Below are positions 12,704 to 25,659 of a stretch of DNA of 64,000 nucleotides, piece after piece. Numbering within the stretch: position 1 is the stretch's first letter; every line of letters begins with the position of its first letter. Below the pieces are notes generated by a model. The model did no database searches, was not told where the DNA came from, and saw only the letters and a list, made by a program, of their open reading frames with translations. Made by a program: the position numbers and the translations under genes. Source of the stretch: Squalus acanthias (taxonomy: Eukaryota); contig CM059432.1 in assembly GCA_030390025.1 (NCBI GenBank), forward strand, positions 150,352,001 to 150,416,000. Direction: 5' to 3'.

Positions 12704-13595
12704 TTCAAGGGGAATGGCATCAAAAGATGAGCTTGGTCTTGTCTTTACCCATATATACGCATGCGCGAGCTTTCCAGCAGGTAGCAGCTAGGAATGTGAA
12801 CCATGGCTGATTTCCCCTGCCTCAGCCCAGGGACCACAAGGCCACCTGTAGCATTCCCACTGCTGCTGAGCTGATTCAGTATCACTATTTGAAGCTTGAA
12901 CCCTGCATGCCCTGTGGCATTTACTCATTCTGCCACAGCGAGATCTTGTCATTTATATTTGTAAATTACCAGTCGATCTCCCGTGGTGGTGTTCACAGAT
13001 TTAGACGGGTTGGGCTCTTACATACGTGGGTTCCTGCTGGTCAGTGGTTCTCGGCACTAAGATCACAAGCCCACTCAGTTGAGCCATGACTTGATTTGCT
13101 GTACAGTTGTAATTCTTTTGGCCCGCTCGTTCTCAACTGCGTTCCATTTGTTTTCCTGAGCTACATGATTGAAAAAGACAAAGTCGGGATTTCAGCTGGC
13201 CATTTTCCACATGCGTCAGAAGCAGCGGGCGAGCTCAATGCCAGGAAACCAGCTGGTCAATGTGTGCACGAGGTGGAGACCCAGCTAAATGGCAACTCCC
13301 GAGCACTGCAATCTCATTGGGAGATGCGCACTGAAGTGTGTTGGGAGTCAACGTGGGGCTTCAGGTGGCCGTCTATGAAATATAGGAGGATCCACCTGGA
13401 TCTCAGGATGGTCAGGTATTCGGCAGGATGCATCGTTCGGTTTGTGGAAGCTGCAGGGAGATTTGTTGGAGCTAAGTTGATGGCCACATTTGTGGTTTGT
13501 GATTTTTTTTCATTGGGTTTATTATGTGAAAATAACTAATTTCAGAAATATATAGTGGAGTATATTGGCAGCTACAGCTTATTTTTTTTTTTACT

Positions 13596-13730
13596 GGAAT
13601 GTATACTTGAAAAGGAATAATTTGCAAGGCTATGGGGAAAGAGCAGGGAAATGGGACTAATTGGATAGCTCTTCCAAACAGCCGGCACAGTATAATGCTC
13701 TGAATGGCTGCCTTCTGTGCTGTATGAATG
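13596..13730 (+). mobile_element. CR1 LINE 3' end fragment
   Basis: Matches the 3' end of the CR1 at 20.7-20.85 kb (GGGACTAA..GGA.AGCTCTT..AA..AGCCGGCACAG...CCTTCTGTGCTGT). Confidence 0.75.
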
Positions 13731-15045
13731 CAATTTGTGTAAAAAAAAAATTGGTAAAATGTGATTGAGGGAAAAGGTTTAACTGGTGAATAATCAAAAC
13801 AGAAGATGACCAATTAGAGTGCAAAAAACTTAAATATTTAATTAATGAGGAAGAAAATGAAGCAATGACTTGACATAGATGATGTGTAGGACAGGCATAG
13901 ACTCAATGTACAAGACTGTTCCCTTTTAGATATGGGGAGCTGGTTCTCGCCTCTTCTGAGAAGGCAAAGGCTGCCATCTTGAAAATCTCTTAAATGCAGA
14001 GTATGATGTATTATATTTGTAAGACTGTACAGGTTCCAAGTTCAACTTGATTCAATAATAAGTCTAAAGAGCCAGTAGGAACATTTAGCTCCATGACTCT
14101 ATATAAATTAAAATGTTAAATATCCATATTCATTTAACATCGATTGCTGTGTAGAAATTAAAGCTACAGTCAGAAGTTCAATTCCACATTATGGGCCATA
14201 AACACAATGTACATATTATATACATATCATTATACAGAGGGATTCTGAATAAATTATGAAATACTACCATACCAAACCAATTCTATTTTATACAGAACAT
14301 GTTTTACAAGAATTCCCAAAAGATAAATCGTCAGCTTTCTATAATGCTTAAAGATGTTAACAAGTAAAAAGCCCATTAGAAAGCAATCCACCTTTCAACA
14401 GTGCACAGCTAATGGTGCTCAATGTAAAGGTAGCCCTACGTGTTTTAGAATCTTAGTGGGTTAAGTGCTTTTAATATCAACCTACAATAAGGATGGTCAT
14501 TGATCATGCATATTCTTAGCAACATATGCAGGTGTCAACATAAGGAATAATGATCTACGTTACCCCTAAGCAACATCAGGTTAAAATAGAGAAACTATAT
14601 TATAACAATGTACAATTCATACTGTGCAGTTACTATATAAACACAAATGTCGTTCTGCTTTCAAAGCACAAATGTAAGTAAACAGATTTATTTTAAATCA
14701 TATTTTCATGCTAGAGATATATATATATAAATTTCTGTTAACTTGTGTAGAATAATATGCATTAGTTTAATAATTTAATGTCTTTTTTTCAACATCATTT
14801 CTGGCCAAGACTTAATAGATTTAAATACACACGCGTGCTCACATACAAACCCCATCATCATCCTAAAGGTTTATTTTTCACAAGTGACATTTTACGAGTG
14901 AAAATTGCTATTGACATATTTAAAGGAATAAAAGTCAATTTATTCACAAAAGATTAAAATCTGACTAACCTGTGACTAAATTTCTTACAACTCTTCCCAG
15001 AGATCACTGCCTTTTCTCTCAAATCTCAAGCTCTGCAACTCATAC

Positions 15046-15074
15046 CTCTTTCTGCTGTATATAGGTTGGTGAAT
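15046..15074 (-). CDS. Candidate 29-nt coding exon of an unidentified host gene (DSPTYIQQKE)
   Basis: TACAG acceptor (weak pyrimidine tract) and GAG|GTATGA donor. Its phase matches the upstream exon and the frame stays open. Confidence 0.3.
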
Positions 15075-15285
15075 CTGTACAATTTAAGCACCAGCCATGG
15101 TATGTTATTGTATATCGGTGAATTTTAGACAATAATAAAGTATGGCGCGATTTAATAATGCAAATTCAAATGTGCCTTTAAATTTCTCTGCTTCCCTTCA
15201 CCAAATTAAAATAAAAAGTAAACCCATTAGCAATCCCCACTTCAGTAAAGTTAGTCAGATTTTACATTTTGGAAAAGAAAATTAC

Positions 15286-15385
15286 CTTCAGTACACGGTT
15301 TCTGCGTTGATTTGTTGATGCTTTCTATCTGATGCTGTTCACTGTTGAAATCAACACGACTGATCAATGACAAAGTGAGTCCCAT
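15286..15385 (-). CDS. Candidate first coding exon of an unidentified host gene (MGLTLSLISRVDFNSEQHQIESINKSTQKPCTE)
   Basis: Exon 15456-15286 is bounded by a strong acceptor TCATTTCTTTCAG and donor GAAG|GTAATT. The ATG sits in a good Kozak context (GAC ATG G) and the frame is open to the donor. MGxxxS is a myristoylation-like start. Confidence 0.38.
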
Positions 15386-16671
15386 GTCCTCATCAACAGT
15401 TCAAATTGACAACCACCATGCTGTTCCCAAAGAGGATTTGATGGACCATCATCAACCTGAAAGAAATGACGAAAATAATACAAGGGTTAAGGAAAGTCTT
15501 GAGTAGAGGCAGATTTCCTGCACTAATGACCTGCTTGAAGCAAATCTGCTTCACAGTTTGAATTAGCTCCACCTGTCTCAAACCGCTTGCTGCTTCTCTA
15601 ATAAAGGCAAGAAACGGCTGTTCAATCATAACAGCTCCTACGCAAAGAGCTAAAATTAACAATTATTTTACACTCGACGATCCTGCATTTCTAGTTGCGC
15701 GCCGCTTTCATTCAGACCCTCGCAAGACTCTTACCCTGCACTGTTCAAGTAATCTGAAAAAGAATTGCCTGTAGCCCTCAGTTTTTCCAGACAAATTAAA
15801 CATCTGCATTTTTTTTTGTAACTACAGTGGTTTTACAGTTTATTTTGGTAGATGATTATTGGTTAAGAAATTGTGTTTAGACTTGTTCTTTAAAGCAATA
15901 GAATATAAAAGAGAGACCAAAGACTGGAAAGCAAAATAGTACTGAATGAACATTCTGTACCATGCATCAGGGATAACACTGATCAGTGGCTGTAAATCAT
16001 GGTGCAAAAAAATTACCAAATGCAATTGCTCTTTTTCATAAATGTTAAAATTATGCAACCTACATTATTGGTTTGTTTTATTTGAATACAGAGAATCATC
16101 ATTTGTGCAACCACACACAACACTTTCTGCACACACATTAAACTTAAACTACAGTATTTTCCATTTTAGATGGGTCACAAACACCACTGGTAAAACATGA
16201 GAGTGGGTCACAGAGCCTTATGTTTCTTGGCATTATTGTGCTGTTCACTGTTGTTACTTTTGTGCATTAGAGAGAGTGATGTTGACCATGATAGGCTTGA
16301 ACACATGCTCCAACTATAGTCAATGCAGGAAACTTTCACCAGCAGTTTTCTGTTTGCAGTGAAAGTTAAGGATTTATCCAAGAAGAAATTGCTTGATCAG
16401 ATGCTAAAATCTACTACAAAAATATAAGTATTTTTGACGCTACTGGAATATACAAATCTGATTTAAGGTAATAGGTATGAAATAGTTTTGAAATATTTTA
16501 ATAAAAGAAAATATTTTAAAATGAGGGTGAACATCCTATTCCAATTCTTACACAATTCAAGATTTGGCCATGCAAGTTCCAGTAACAAAATTAAAAACTG
16601 CTACTCGTAGTTATATAGCACTTTTAACATAGAGAAAAACTTCTCTCTCTTACATACACTCAACAGGAAAT

Positions 16672-16841
16672 GAAGCCTCAGTTTAACGTCTCATCTGAAA
16701 GACAGCACCTCCAATAATGCAGCACTCTCTCAATATAGCATTGAAGTGTGAGCCTAGATTATGTGCTCAAGTGCTGGAGTGGGTTTAAACCCACAACCTT
16801 CTGTCTCAGACACAAGTTATATTAACTGAGCCAAGCTGACA
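16672..16841 (-). mobile_element. Deu-SINE 5' half
   Basis: tRNA-like head and the start of the Deu core on the minus strand, diverged. Confidence 0.75.
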
Positions 16842-18959
16842 CTTATTTTAAGAAAATGGCTGAACCAATTTGACATAGAAAAAAATATGATTGCACTTTA
16901 ATGAGTTTGCAGAGTATCTACTGCATTACGGAATGTACACTTATGGAGTTGAAATATACCCGTCAATAAAATGAAAAAGACAAAATTGAGTACAAAACAG
17001 GATTTCCCGTCTTGTACTCACATTGCCTTTTTGGTATCAATATTGACTGAAGAAATTTCATCTCCATGATGATTTACAATGAAGTCCATTTGTGGGACCC
17101 ACTAGAGATGTTTGCATTCCACTGAAATGTAACTAGTAAATAGGTTAAAAAAATGTTCCCATTATAAACACATTATAAAATAATTAAAAGCATATTAAAA
17201 CATACAGTTATCAATTTAATCAATCTATTTCATAACGTGATGCAATTGATGCAAAAATTAATTATAAATGCAGTGCACAGTTTGCCAGAACTTGACCCAT
17301 TTTATAATATTCACCCAATATTGCAAGTATAATCAGGAACAATTAAAGAAATAGGAAAGAAATTAATGCCAATGTAGCAATAATTTAAAATAATGACAAT
17401 CTGACTCATCTTTCTGGAAGCAGGTGACAATGTATTAAAGTAAAACTAAATTATAAATAAGATTTATTGCTAGTCTGGTAGCCTTAGAAATGCGAGCCAG
17501 CTATATCAAACAAATCATATTCCATATGCTATGACAACCTCACTGTGGTGGCTTACATTACTTCTAGTAGACTCTACCTTCACACCAGTTTGCCATGACG
17601 CATGCTAGCAGCCTAGTTTAGTACAAACCATGGAATAAGATCATTTCAGAAACAGCTTTAGATAAATGGAGTCCATCCCAACTGTTGGATCCAACAATCC
17701 CCAGTCCAACAGCTTTTGAGTAGGACCCATCTTTTGTAAGCAGACTGTTTAAAAATATATTTTTTGCGCATGGTAAATTGTTTCCCATTTCAGTGTAAAA
17801 ATCAAAAATGTTTAAAGAATAAATGCAAATCCCAAATTTGATTCAAATCTGGTGACATTATGATTGATTCTTTCACCCCACGATCTGACAGAAATCATCC
17901 ACTGGAGAATACAGTATGAGAAATTCCTCACTGAGCACATCCTGAAGTAACACTTGCATTGGAACAGCAACAATTGAGAAAATAGTTACGAAGCTGTTGC
18001 TAATTTTGAGGCACTTAGAAATAATCAGGTTTTGCTTCTGTCAAAAACGGATGAAGACAGCCATCTGTCTAAAATGTAGAGACAGCTGCAAGGTGGGCTG
18101 CTAGCACATTCTACCATTGTCACGGAAGCAGTGTAGGAAATGAAGTCTGCATCAGCTATGTAACTACACAGAAGGCTTTTGATGGGTGTAAACTGCTCTG
18201 GGTATTTCTTTACCGTAAAATTTATTTGTAAAAAAATCATCGACAATTTGTCACAAATGACGAGAAACATGTATTAAAAAAAAGACAAATCCCCCTACTC
18301 CCCCACACCGGACAAAGTCCTCATTGGTGAGAAAATCATTTAAAATACAACCAAATGGCAGAAAAATGTACACATGCTCATCAATCTTGCCTACTAAAAG
18401 AGCTCGATTGTCAAACATTTTGTACTAGCCTGTAGGCCTATCCGTCCCATTTTCAAAGGTGAAAGATGTGCAAAGACACAGCTTTAAAAGGAAATGAAAA
18501 AATCTTAAAAAAGAAAGAGAAATCTGAATGTATGCCCATAGGAACCAGAGCAACAGTTCTTACTTTGCATATTGAGAAATGATCTTGGGAAATTCACCAT
18601 CCAAGATGTTCCAACTGAAGTCTCCAGAATAGACCAAGAGCAGTCATTTTTTGAACCTCTGTAACTATCATTTCTGGTTAAGATGGTTACTTCTTAGCAG
18701 TTTGAAACCAAACACAAAGAATGAATTGAAGCAAACATTATTTTTGAAGCCAATTCATACTTGCTGAAAGTTGACAATATTGGTCATTTAAATCTTCTAG
18801 CTACTTGTGTTTCAACAAAAGCACAAATCCAAGCAAAATTTGGCTTGTTTGAAGCTCCCCCATTTTCCTGTCAATATATCTCTAATAGCAGGTTATTTTA
18901 ATAATGGGCTTTACTTACTGTGAACACTATTCTATCTCTTAACGGTGTGCTGTTGTATA

Positions 18960-20857
18960 CAAAGAGTGCAGGGACAAATTGAAAAAGGATAAGAAGGGAA
19001 AAGAGAGAATATGAGAAAAGATTAGCGTTTAACATAAAATTGAACCCAAAAATCTTTTATCAACATATAACAAGTAAAATAATAGTTAAAGGAATGGTGA
19101 GACCAATTAGGGATAAAAAAGGAAATTTTCTTGTGGAGGCAGAGGGCATGACTGAGGTACTGAATGAGTACTTTGCATCTGTCTTCACAAAAGAGGATGA
19201 AGCTAATGACACAGTAGAGGAGGGGGAAGTAGAGATATTGGGCAGGATAAAAATAGATAGAAAGGAAGTATTCAATAGGTTGGCGTCACTCAAAGTTAAC
19301 AAGTCACCTGGTCCAGATGGGATGCATCATGGTTGCTGAGGGAAGCTAGGGTGGAGATAGCAGAAGCTTTGACCACAATCTTTCAATCCTCCTTGGATAT
19401 GAGAGTGGTGCCAGAGGACTGGAGGATTGCAAATGTTACACCCCTGTTCAAAAAGGGAGAGAGGGATAAACCTGGTAACTACAGGCCAGTCAGTCCAATG
19501 TAAGTGGTGGGGAAATTACTAGAGACCATTGTCAAGGACAAAATTAATTTTCACTTGGAGAAGCATGGGTTAATAAAGGATAACCAGCACGGATTTGTTA
19601 AAGGCAAATCGTGTCTGACTAGCCTGATTTAGTTCTTTGGTGAAGTAACAGAGAGGGTTGACAAAGGTATTGCAGTAGATATTGTATATATGGACTTTCA
19701 AAAGGCATTTGATAAAGTACCATATAACAAACTCATTCAGAAAATAGAAGCACACAGTGATAACTTGGGTACGAAATTGGCTAAAGGATAGGAGGCAGAG
19801 AGTAGTGGTAAACGGATGTTTTCCTGATTGAAGGGAAGTATGCAGTGGGGTCCCCCAGGGGTTGGTATTAGGACCATTGTTTTTCTTGTTATCTATAAAT
19901 GACCTGGACTTGGGTATAGGGAGTACAACTTTGAAGTTTGTGGATGATACAAAACTTGGCAACGCAGTAAATAGTGAACAGGATAGTAGCAGACTTCAGG
20001 AAGACATAGACAGACTGGTGAAATGGGCAGACACATGGCGGATGCAATTTAATGCGGATAAGTGTGAAGTGATGCACTTTGGGAGAAACAACATGGAGAG
20101 GCAGTATAATCTAAATGGTACTGTTTTGAGGGGGTGCAAGAGCAGAGCAACCTAGGGTACATATTCACAAATCCTTGAAGGTGGCAGGGCAAGTTGATAA
20201 AGGCAGTTAAGAAAGAGTATAGGAAACTTGGTTTTGTAAATAAGGGCACGGAATATAAAAACAAGGATGTCATGCTAAACCTTTACAAATTACTGATTAG
20301 TCCTCAGCTGGAGTGTTGTGTACAATTCTGGGCACCACACATTTGGAAGGACGTCAATGCCCTGGCGAGGGTACAGAGGAGGTTTACCAGGATGATACCA
20401 TGGATGAGGGAGTTCATGTATGTGGAGTGATTAGAGAAGCTGAGATTGTTCTCCTTGGAGCAGAGATGGTTAAGGGGAGACCAAGTAGAGGTGTTCAAAA
20501 TTATGAAGGGTTTTGATAGAGCAAGTAGGGAGAAACTATTTCCTCTTGCAAGTGGGTCGGTAACCAGAGGTCATAGATTTAAAATAATTGGTAAAAGAAC
20601 TAGAGGGAAAATGAGGAGAAATTTCTTCACACAGAGGGTTGTTAAGATCTGAAACGTACTACCTGAAGATGTGGTGGAAGCAGATTCCATTGTACCTTTC
20701 AAAAGGCCATTGGACATGTACTTGAAGAGGACTAATTTGCAGGGTCATGCAGAAAAGGTTGGGGTGTGGGACTAAATTGGAGAGCTCTTTCAAAGAGCCG
20801 GCACAGGCACGAAGGCTGGAATGGCCTCCTTCTGTGCTGTGTGATTCTATGATTCTA
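18960..20857 (+). mobile_element. CR1 LINE, 5'-truncated, degenerate RT
   Basis: Motifs KSPGPDG, MDFQKAFDKVP, SGVPQG-VLGP, KFVDDTKLG and RRNFFTQRVV, with a GATTCTAT-type repeat tail. Frameshifts and stops are present. Confidence 0.93.
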
Positions 20858-21401
20858 ACACTTGATTTTTCATTTAACCTAAAAGCACTGAAGAACTCAA
20901 GATCCTAATCCACTAATGCCATCTTAAACTTGAACCATTTCCGAATGGCCATTTGGCATGCTGTGGACATTTAATGAATATCTGTTAAAGAATTTTGTTT
21001 GTTTCCCTCAAGAAGATTGGTAACACATTCTAAAAACAGATCTAAGCTTAAAAACACTGTGAATCAGAAAATAATTAGGCAGGTAATCATTGTAAAGGTC
21101 ACTGCAGCAGCACCGGCCTAGATTGCAAGTAAACAGAAGTTCCTAACTTCTTCGTTCTGCCAACTTCATTTAGCCAACTGATTACCGAAACAGGCTCACA
21201 ATAAGTCATTAATTTACCTTCTTTCATATACTGAAAGGTTGTTGAAACATTTATTCATATTTGTTACTTTGCTCAAATTCACTAGCATACTTCCCCTCAA
21301 GATTTGATGCATTCTTTCTTTCTACCAGGCTTTTGATTACTCCATACAACAGTCATTCTTTAGTGGATCCACTCTTAAAATACTCCAAACTCCATTTGTA
21401 T

Positions 21402-21505
21402 TCTACATTATAACAGTGATTACACTTCAAAAGTACTTTATTGGCTGTAAAGCACTTTGGGTCATCCTGAGGTTGTGAAATGCGCTATATAAATGCAAGT
21501 CTTTT
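21402..21505 (+). mobile_element. Deu-SINE 3' fragment
   Basis: TACATTATAACAGTGA...GCGCTATATAAATGCAAGTC. Confidence 0.75.
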
Positions 21506-21674
21506 TCTTTTTACACATTCGTGTAGGTTGCAATGTTAAAACATTCTAAAAACAGAAACAGCCCTAAAAACATCATAGAAATAAAAGTACCAAAGGAGGT
21601 TTGGCCCATCAGCTAGTTACTGGTGCTATCTACTCCAATCCTATTTTCCAGCCCTTTCCCAGTATATTGAATGA

Positions 21675-21790
21675 AAAGAAAGAGCTTGCATTTATATAGC
21701 GCCTTTCCAGCCCTCAGCACAACCCAAAGTGCTTCACAGCCAATTAAGTACCTCTGAATTGTACTAATTGTCGTAATGTAGGGAAACATG
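21675..21790 (-). mobile_element. Deu-SINE 3' fragment
   Basis: CTTGCATTTATATAGCGCCTTTC is the reverse-complement tail. Confidence 0.7.
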
Positions 21791-21837
21791 CTTCATTTTA
21801 AAATAATTATCCAATTCCCTTTTAAATGATAATATAA

Positions 21838-22433
21838 GGTGCAATTTTAAACTAGCCCTGGGAACGGTGAGTATGGGGGTTTAAATGGCAGTAGGACATG
21901 ACCTGTCGCTTTTGTGCACGCTGCCATTTGAACTCCCGGATGTTCGGGATTGTCGAGGTCATCCACAGCAGGCAGGCACGTGCTTCCTAAATATTCAATA
22001 TTCAAACATCGGGGTCCAATGACGCAATTTTAACTGGGAATCACAGCTGCCGAAGCTTCCGGGAAAAGCTAGCAGCAGACAGGACCCAGGGCTAGAAGAG
22101 GCCAAATAAGTCATTCATTTTTTTTTAAGAATACCTCCCAGCCCCAGAAGGATACCTTGGGCCTCTCCTGCCCATGGGGTAGGCACCCCCCCTACTTTCC
22201 CCAGCAGCAATTACCATCTGCCCCCACCACCCAACCACTTACCATCCTGCCGGGGACCTCTGGTTCCTACCGCCCGAAATGCCACTCCTGCCCACCAGTC
22301 CCCACGCCATTCCCACCGGCTTCGGGCGGGAGTCAACCTGGGGATGTTTAAATGAGGCCTGGGAGTTTGAATTGCCTGAACCTCACACTGACGCCGTTGT
22401 GGCACCCCAGCCCGCCCCAGTTAAAATCATGGC
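21838..22433. mobile_element. Degenerate Harbinger-type MITE
   Basis: Ends GGTGCAATTTTAA and TTAAAATCATGGC, with internal similarity to the other MITEs (TTTAAATGAGGCC). It interrupts an AT-rich CR1-like tail. Confidence 0.45.
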
Positions 22434-22859
22434 AATAATCTCTGCCTCAATAGCAACTTATGGCAAAGTACTCCATGTTCCAAAAATCTTGTGTCAATAA
22501 ATTTCTTTTTAAGTAATTCCTTTGATTAAAAACACATTCTGACTCCATTTTTCTCCTTTCCAACTTCTACTGAATTTTACCTCAGCCAATAGAGCAAAAT
22601 AGCTGCAACACGGCCATGGTCAATGCCAGTCCATTAGAATTTTTAAGAACTATAGAAGTATATGGGCTGAGATTAATCAAATGGCTGGATCAACAAGCTA
22701 TGTTAATTTTACTGCAGCCACACACTAGGCTAATTATTTCATAGTATTATCCACAATGACCCCTAGATATTTTTACTGATCAGCACATTATATGACTGTT
22801 CCTTTTAACATACCTACTCATAACTGTTTTCTCCTATGCTAATTATTTGATTTATCTAC

Positions 22860-23200
22860 ATTAAACTTATTGGCCCAGTTACCTAAAGCAAGCACATCCT
22901 TCCACATCTGGTTGCACTGTTCATCATTATTGGCTCTAATTTTCATTTTGGTATCATCTGCAAACCTGGATATTTTGCTCACAATAACCTTGTCCAAGTC
23001 ATAAAGGTCTCAAGACTGACTCCCTTAGTAATTTATTCATTACCTTGAAAACATTCCCAAATTTGGCTGTGCTCTGTTTCCAGTTTGTAGCAAAATTATG
23101 CGTCCTGTGCCATATGTTGTTTCCTATTCCATAACTCTTTACCGTACCATTAATTGCCAAAGTCTCTCTGAAAACCCAAATATATATCAATTTCACTATA
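22860..23200 (-). mobile_element. Old CR1-like RT fragment
   Basis: Minus strand reads RFADDTK (reverse complement of TTTGGTATCATCTGCAAACCT) and ...ESVLRPL. Confidence 0.5.
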
Positions 23201-23942
23201 TTCGACTATCATGTTAACAATATCTTCAAATAAATAAATTCCACCTGGTTACAACAACAACAACTTGTATTTATATAGCTCCTTTAACGCAGTAAAATGT
23301 CCCAAGGCGCTTCACAGGAGCGTTATAAAAGAAAAATATGACACTGAGCCACATAAGGAGAAATTAGGGCAAATAACCAAAAGCTTGGTCAGAGAGGTAG
23401 GTTTTAAGGAGCATCTTAAAGGAGGAGAGAGAGGTAGCGAGGCGGAGAGGTTTAGGAAGGGAATTCCAGAGCGTAGGGCCGATGCAACAGAAGGTACGGC
23501 CACCAATAGTAGAGCGATTAAGATCAGGGATGCTCAAGAGGGCAGAATTGGAGGAGAGCAGATATCTCAGAGGGTTGTGGGTTTGAGGAGATTAGAGATA
23601 GGGAAGGGCGAGGCCAAGGAGGGATTTGAAAACAAAGGTAAGAATGTTAGAGTCGAAGCGTTGCTTAACCGGGAGCGAATTAGGTCAGCGAGCACAAGGG
23701 TGATGGGTGAACGGGACTTGGTGCGAGTTAGGACACGGGCAGCAGACTTTTGGATGATCTCAAGTCTACGGAGGGTAGAACATGTGAGGCCAGCCAGGAG
23801 TGCATTGGAATAGTTAAGTCGAGAGGTAACAAAGGCATGGATGAGGGTTTCAGCAGCAGATGAGCTGAGGCAGGGGTGGAGTCAGGCGATGTTCCGGAGG
23901 GGGAAAGAGGCGGTCTTAGTGATGGCGCGGATATGTGGTCGG

Positions 23943-24110
23943 CAATGTTTCCTGTAAGCTGCGCTTTGTTCTGCGCAGCCTGTTTCTTTTACTGCGCAGT
24001 CCCTTTAAATTTCTGCGCATGTGCAGTATTTACAATGGAAAAGCCGGTGAGCGCCCTGCACGGGACCTTTCCCATTAATGCGAATGCACGGCTGCTTAGA
24101 GGGAACACTA
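23943..24110. mobile_element. hAT-type MITE (168 bp)
   Basis: TIRs CAATGTTTCCTGTAAGC / GCTTAGAGGGAACACTA. 8-bp TSD GTGGTCGG (23935-23942) / GTGGTCAG (24111-24118). Confidence 0.85.
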
Positions 24111-24246
24111 GTGGTCAGAAGCTCATCCCGAGGTCAAATATGAGACCAAGGTTGCGAACAGTCTTGTTCAGCCTCAGATGGTTGCCAGGGAGAGGGATGG
24201 AGTCGGTGGCTAGGGAATGGGGTTTGTGGCGGGGACCAAAGACAAT

Positions 24247-25659
24247 GGCCGGAATTTTCCCCTAAAAAAACAGGTGAGTTTAGAATGTGGGGGCAATTAA
24301 ATGGTTAGAAATAGGATTCCTGACCTGATCCCACCCACTTCCAGTTTTGACAGAGGCGGGGACAGGGGGCAGGCGACCAATCCGCTCCCAGGGGGCGGGA
24401 TGTCAATTTAAATATTATAATGAGGCTGGCAGCCTCTTTTGTCACCTCCATTTTGAATCTAACTGAGTGTGGACGGGTTTCACACAATTCTTAAAACCCG
24501 GCAGTTACAGCAAGACGGGGACTGCTGGATCCAGGAGGTAAGTGGCTTTATACCTACCTCCTGGATCCAGGGTCCCTGCCTAACCCACCCTCTGCGATCG
24601 GAGACCCGCTCACAAGGCCTCCGATCACCTCCCCAGGCCTCCAATCCCCACCATGAGACCTCCTCCCACTACACCCCACCGATGATGCTGAGACCAGCCA
24701 CAATCCTCCAGTGGCTGGCCCCGATCCTCTCCTTCCCCCCTCCCCCCCCCCACCAGCCGACCTCCCCCCTCCCGATCCCCAACCCCCTCCCCGCCGATCC
24801 CCAATCCCTCGCCAATCCCCCCTCCCGATCCCCAACCCCCTCCCCGCCGATCCCCCCTCCCGAGCCCCAACCCCCTCCCCACCGATCCCCCCTCCCGATC
24901 CCCAACCCCCTCCCTACCGATCCCCCCTCCCGATCCCCAACCCCCTCCCCGCCGATCCCCCCTCCCGATCCCCAACCCCCTCCCTACCGATCCCCCCTCC
25001 CGATCCCCAACCCCCTCCCTACCGATCCCCCCTCCCGATCCCCAACCCCCTCCCCGCCGATCCCCGATCCCTCGCCAATCCCCCCTCCCGATCCCAAACC
25101 CCCTCCCCGCCGATCCCCCGCCAATCCCCCCTCCCGATCCCCAACCCCCTCCCCGCCAATCCCCCCTCCCGATCCCCAACCCCCTCCCCGCCGATCCCCG
25201 ATCCCTTGCCAATCCCCCCTCCCGATCCCCAACCCCCTCCCCGCCAATCCCCCCTCCCGATCCCAAACCCCCTCCCCACCGATCCCTGATCCCTCGCCAA
25301 TCCCCCCTCCTGATCCCCAACCCCCTCCCGATTCCCGGCTGATCCTCCAACCCTCTCCCGATCCCTGACCCCCTGCTGATCCTCCAGCCGACCCCCCCAC
25401 CCCGGCGACCCCCCCAGATCATGACGATCCCCGAACCCGCCGACCCCTGAACCCTCACCGCTCGCCGACCATGCCGACCCCGCAATCCCTCCCCCGAACC
25501 AACCCCTCGCATCTGAGGCCTACCTGCCCACAGCCAACCAGCCTCTCAATCTAGCTGACTGGGAGCGGGAATCCGAGGCCTCACATTTAAATCAGGCCCT
25601 ACTGTTAAAGTCTTGGAGGCCCCTTGCCCCAACCTGCTTCCCTTGAGAAAATTCTGGCC
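24247..25659. mobile_element. Harbinger-type MITE with internal minisatellite
   Basis: TIR GGCCGGAATTTTC / GAAAATTCTGGCC (12/13). TSD AAT at 24244-24246 and 25660-25662. Confidence 0.92.
24757..25345. repeat. C-rich ~35-bp minisatellite (CCGATCCCCCCTCCCGATCCCCAACCCCCTCCCCG)
   Basis: Tandem units with variants are directly visible. Confidence 0.92.

Noticed and set aside
24469..25512. Proline-rich and glycine-rich ORFs
   Set aside because: Translations of the minisatellite inside a MITE, open in many frames.
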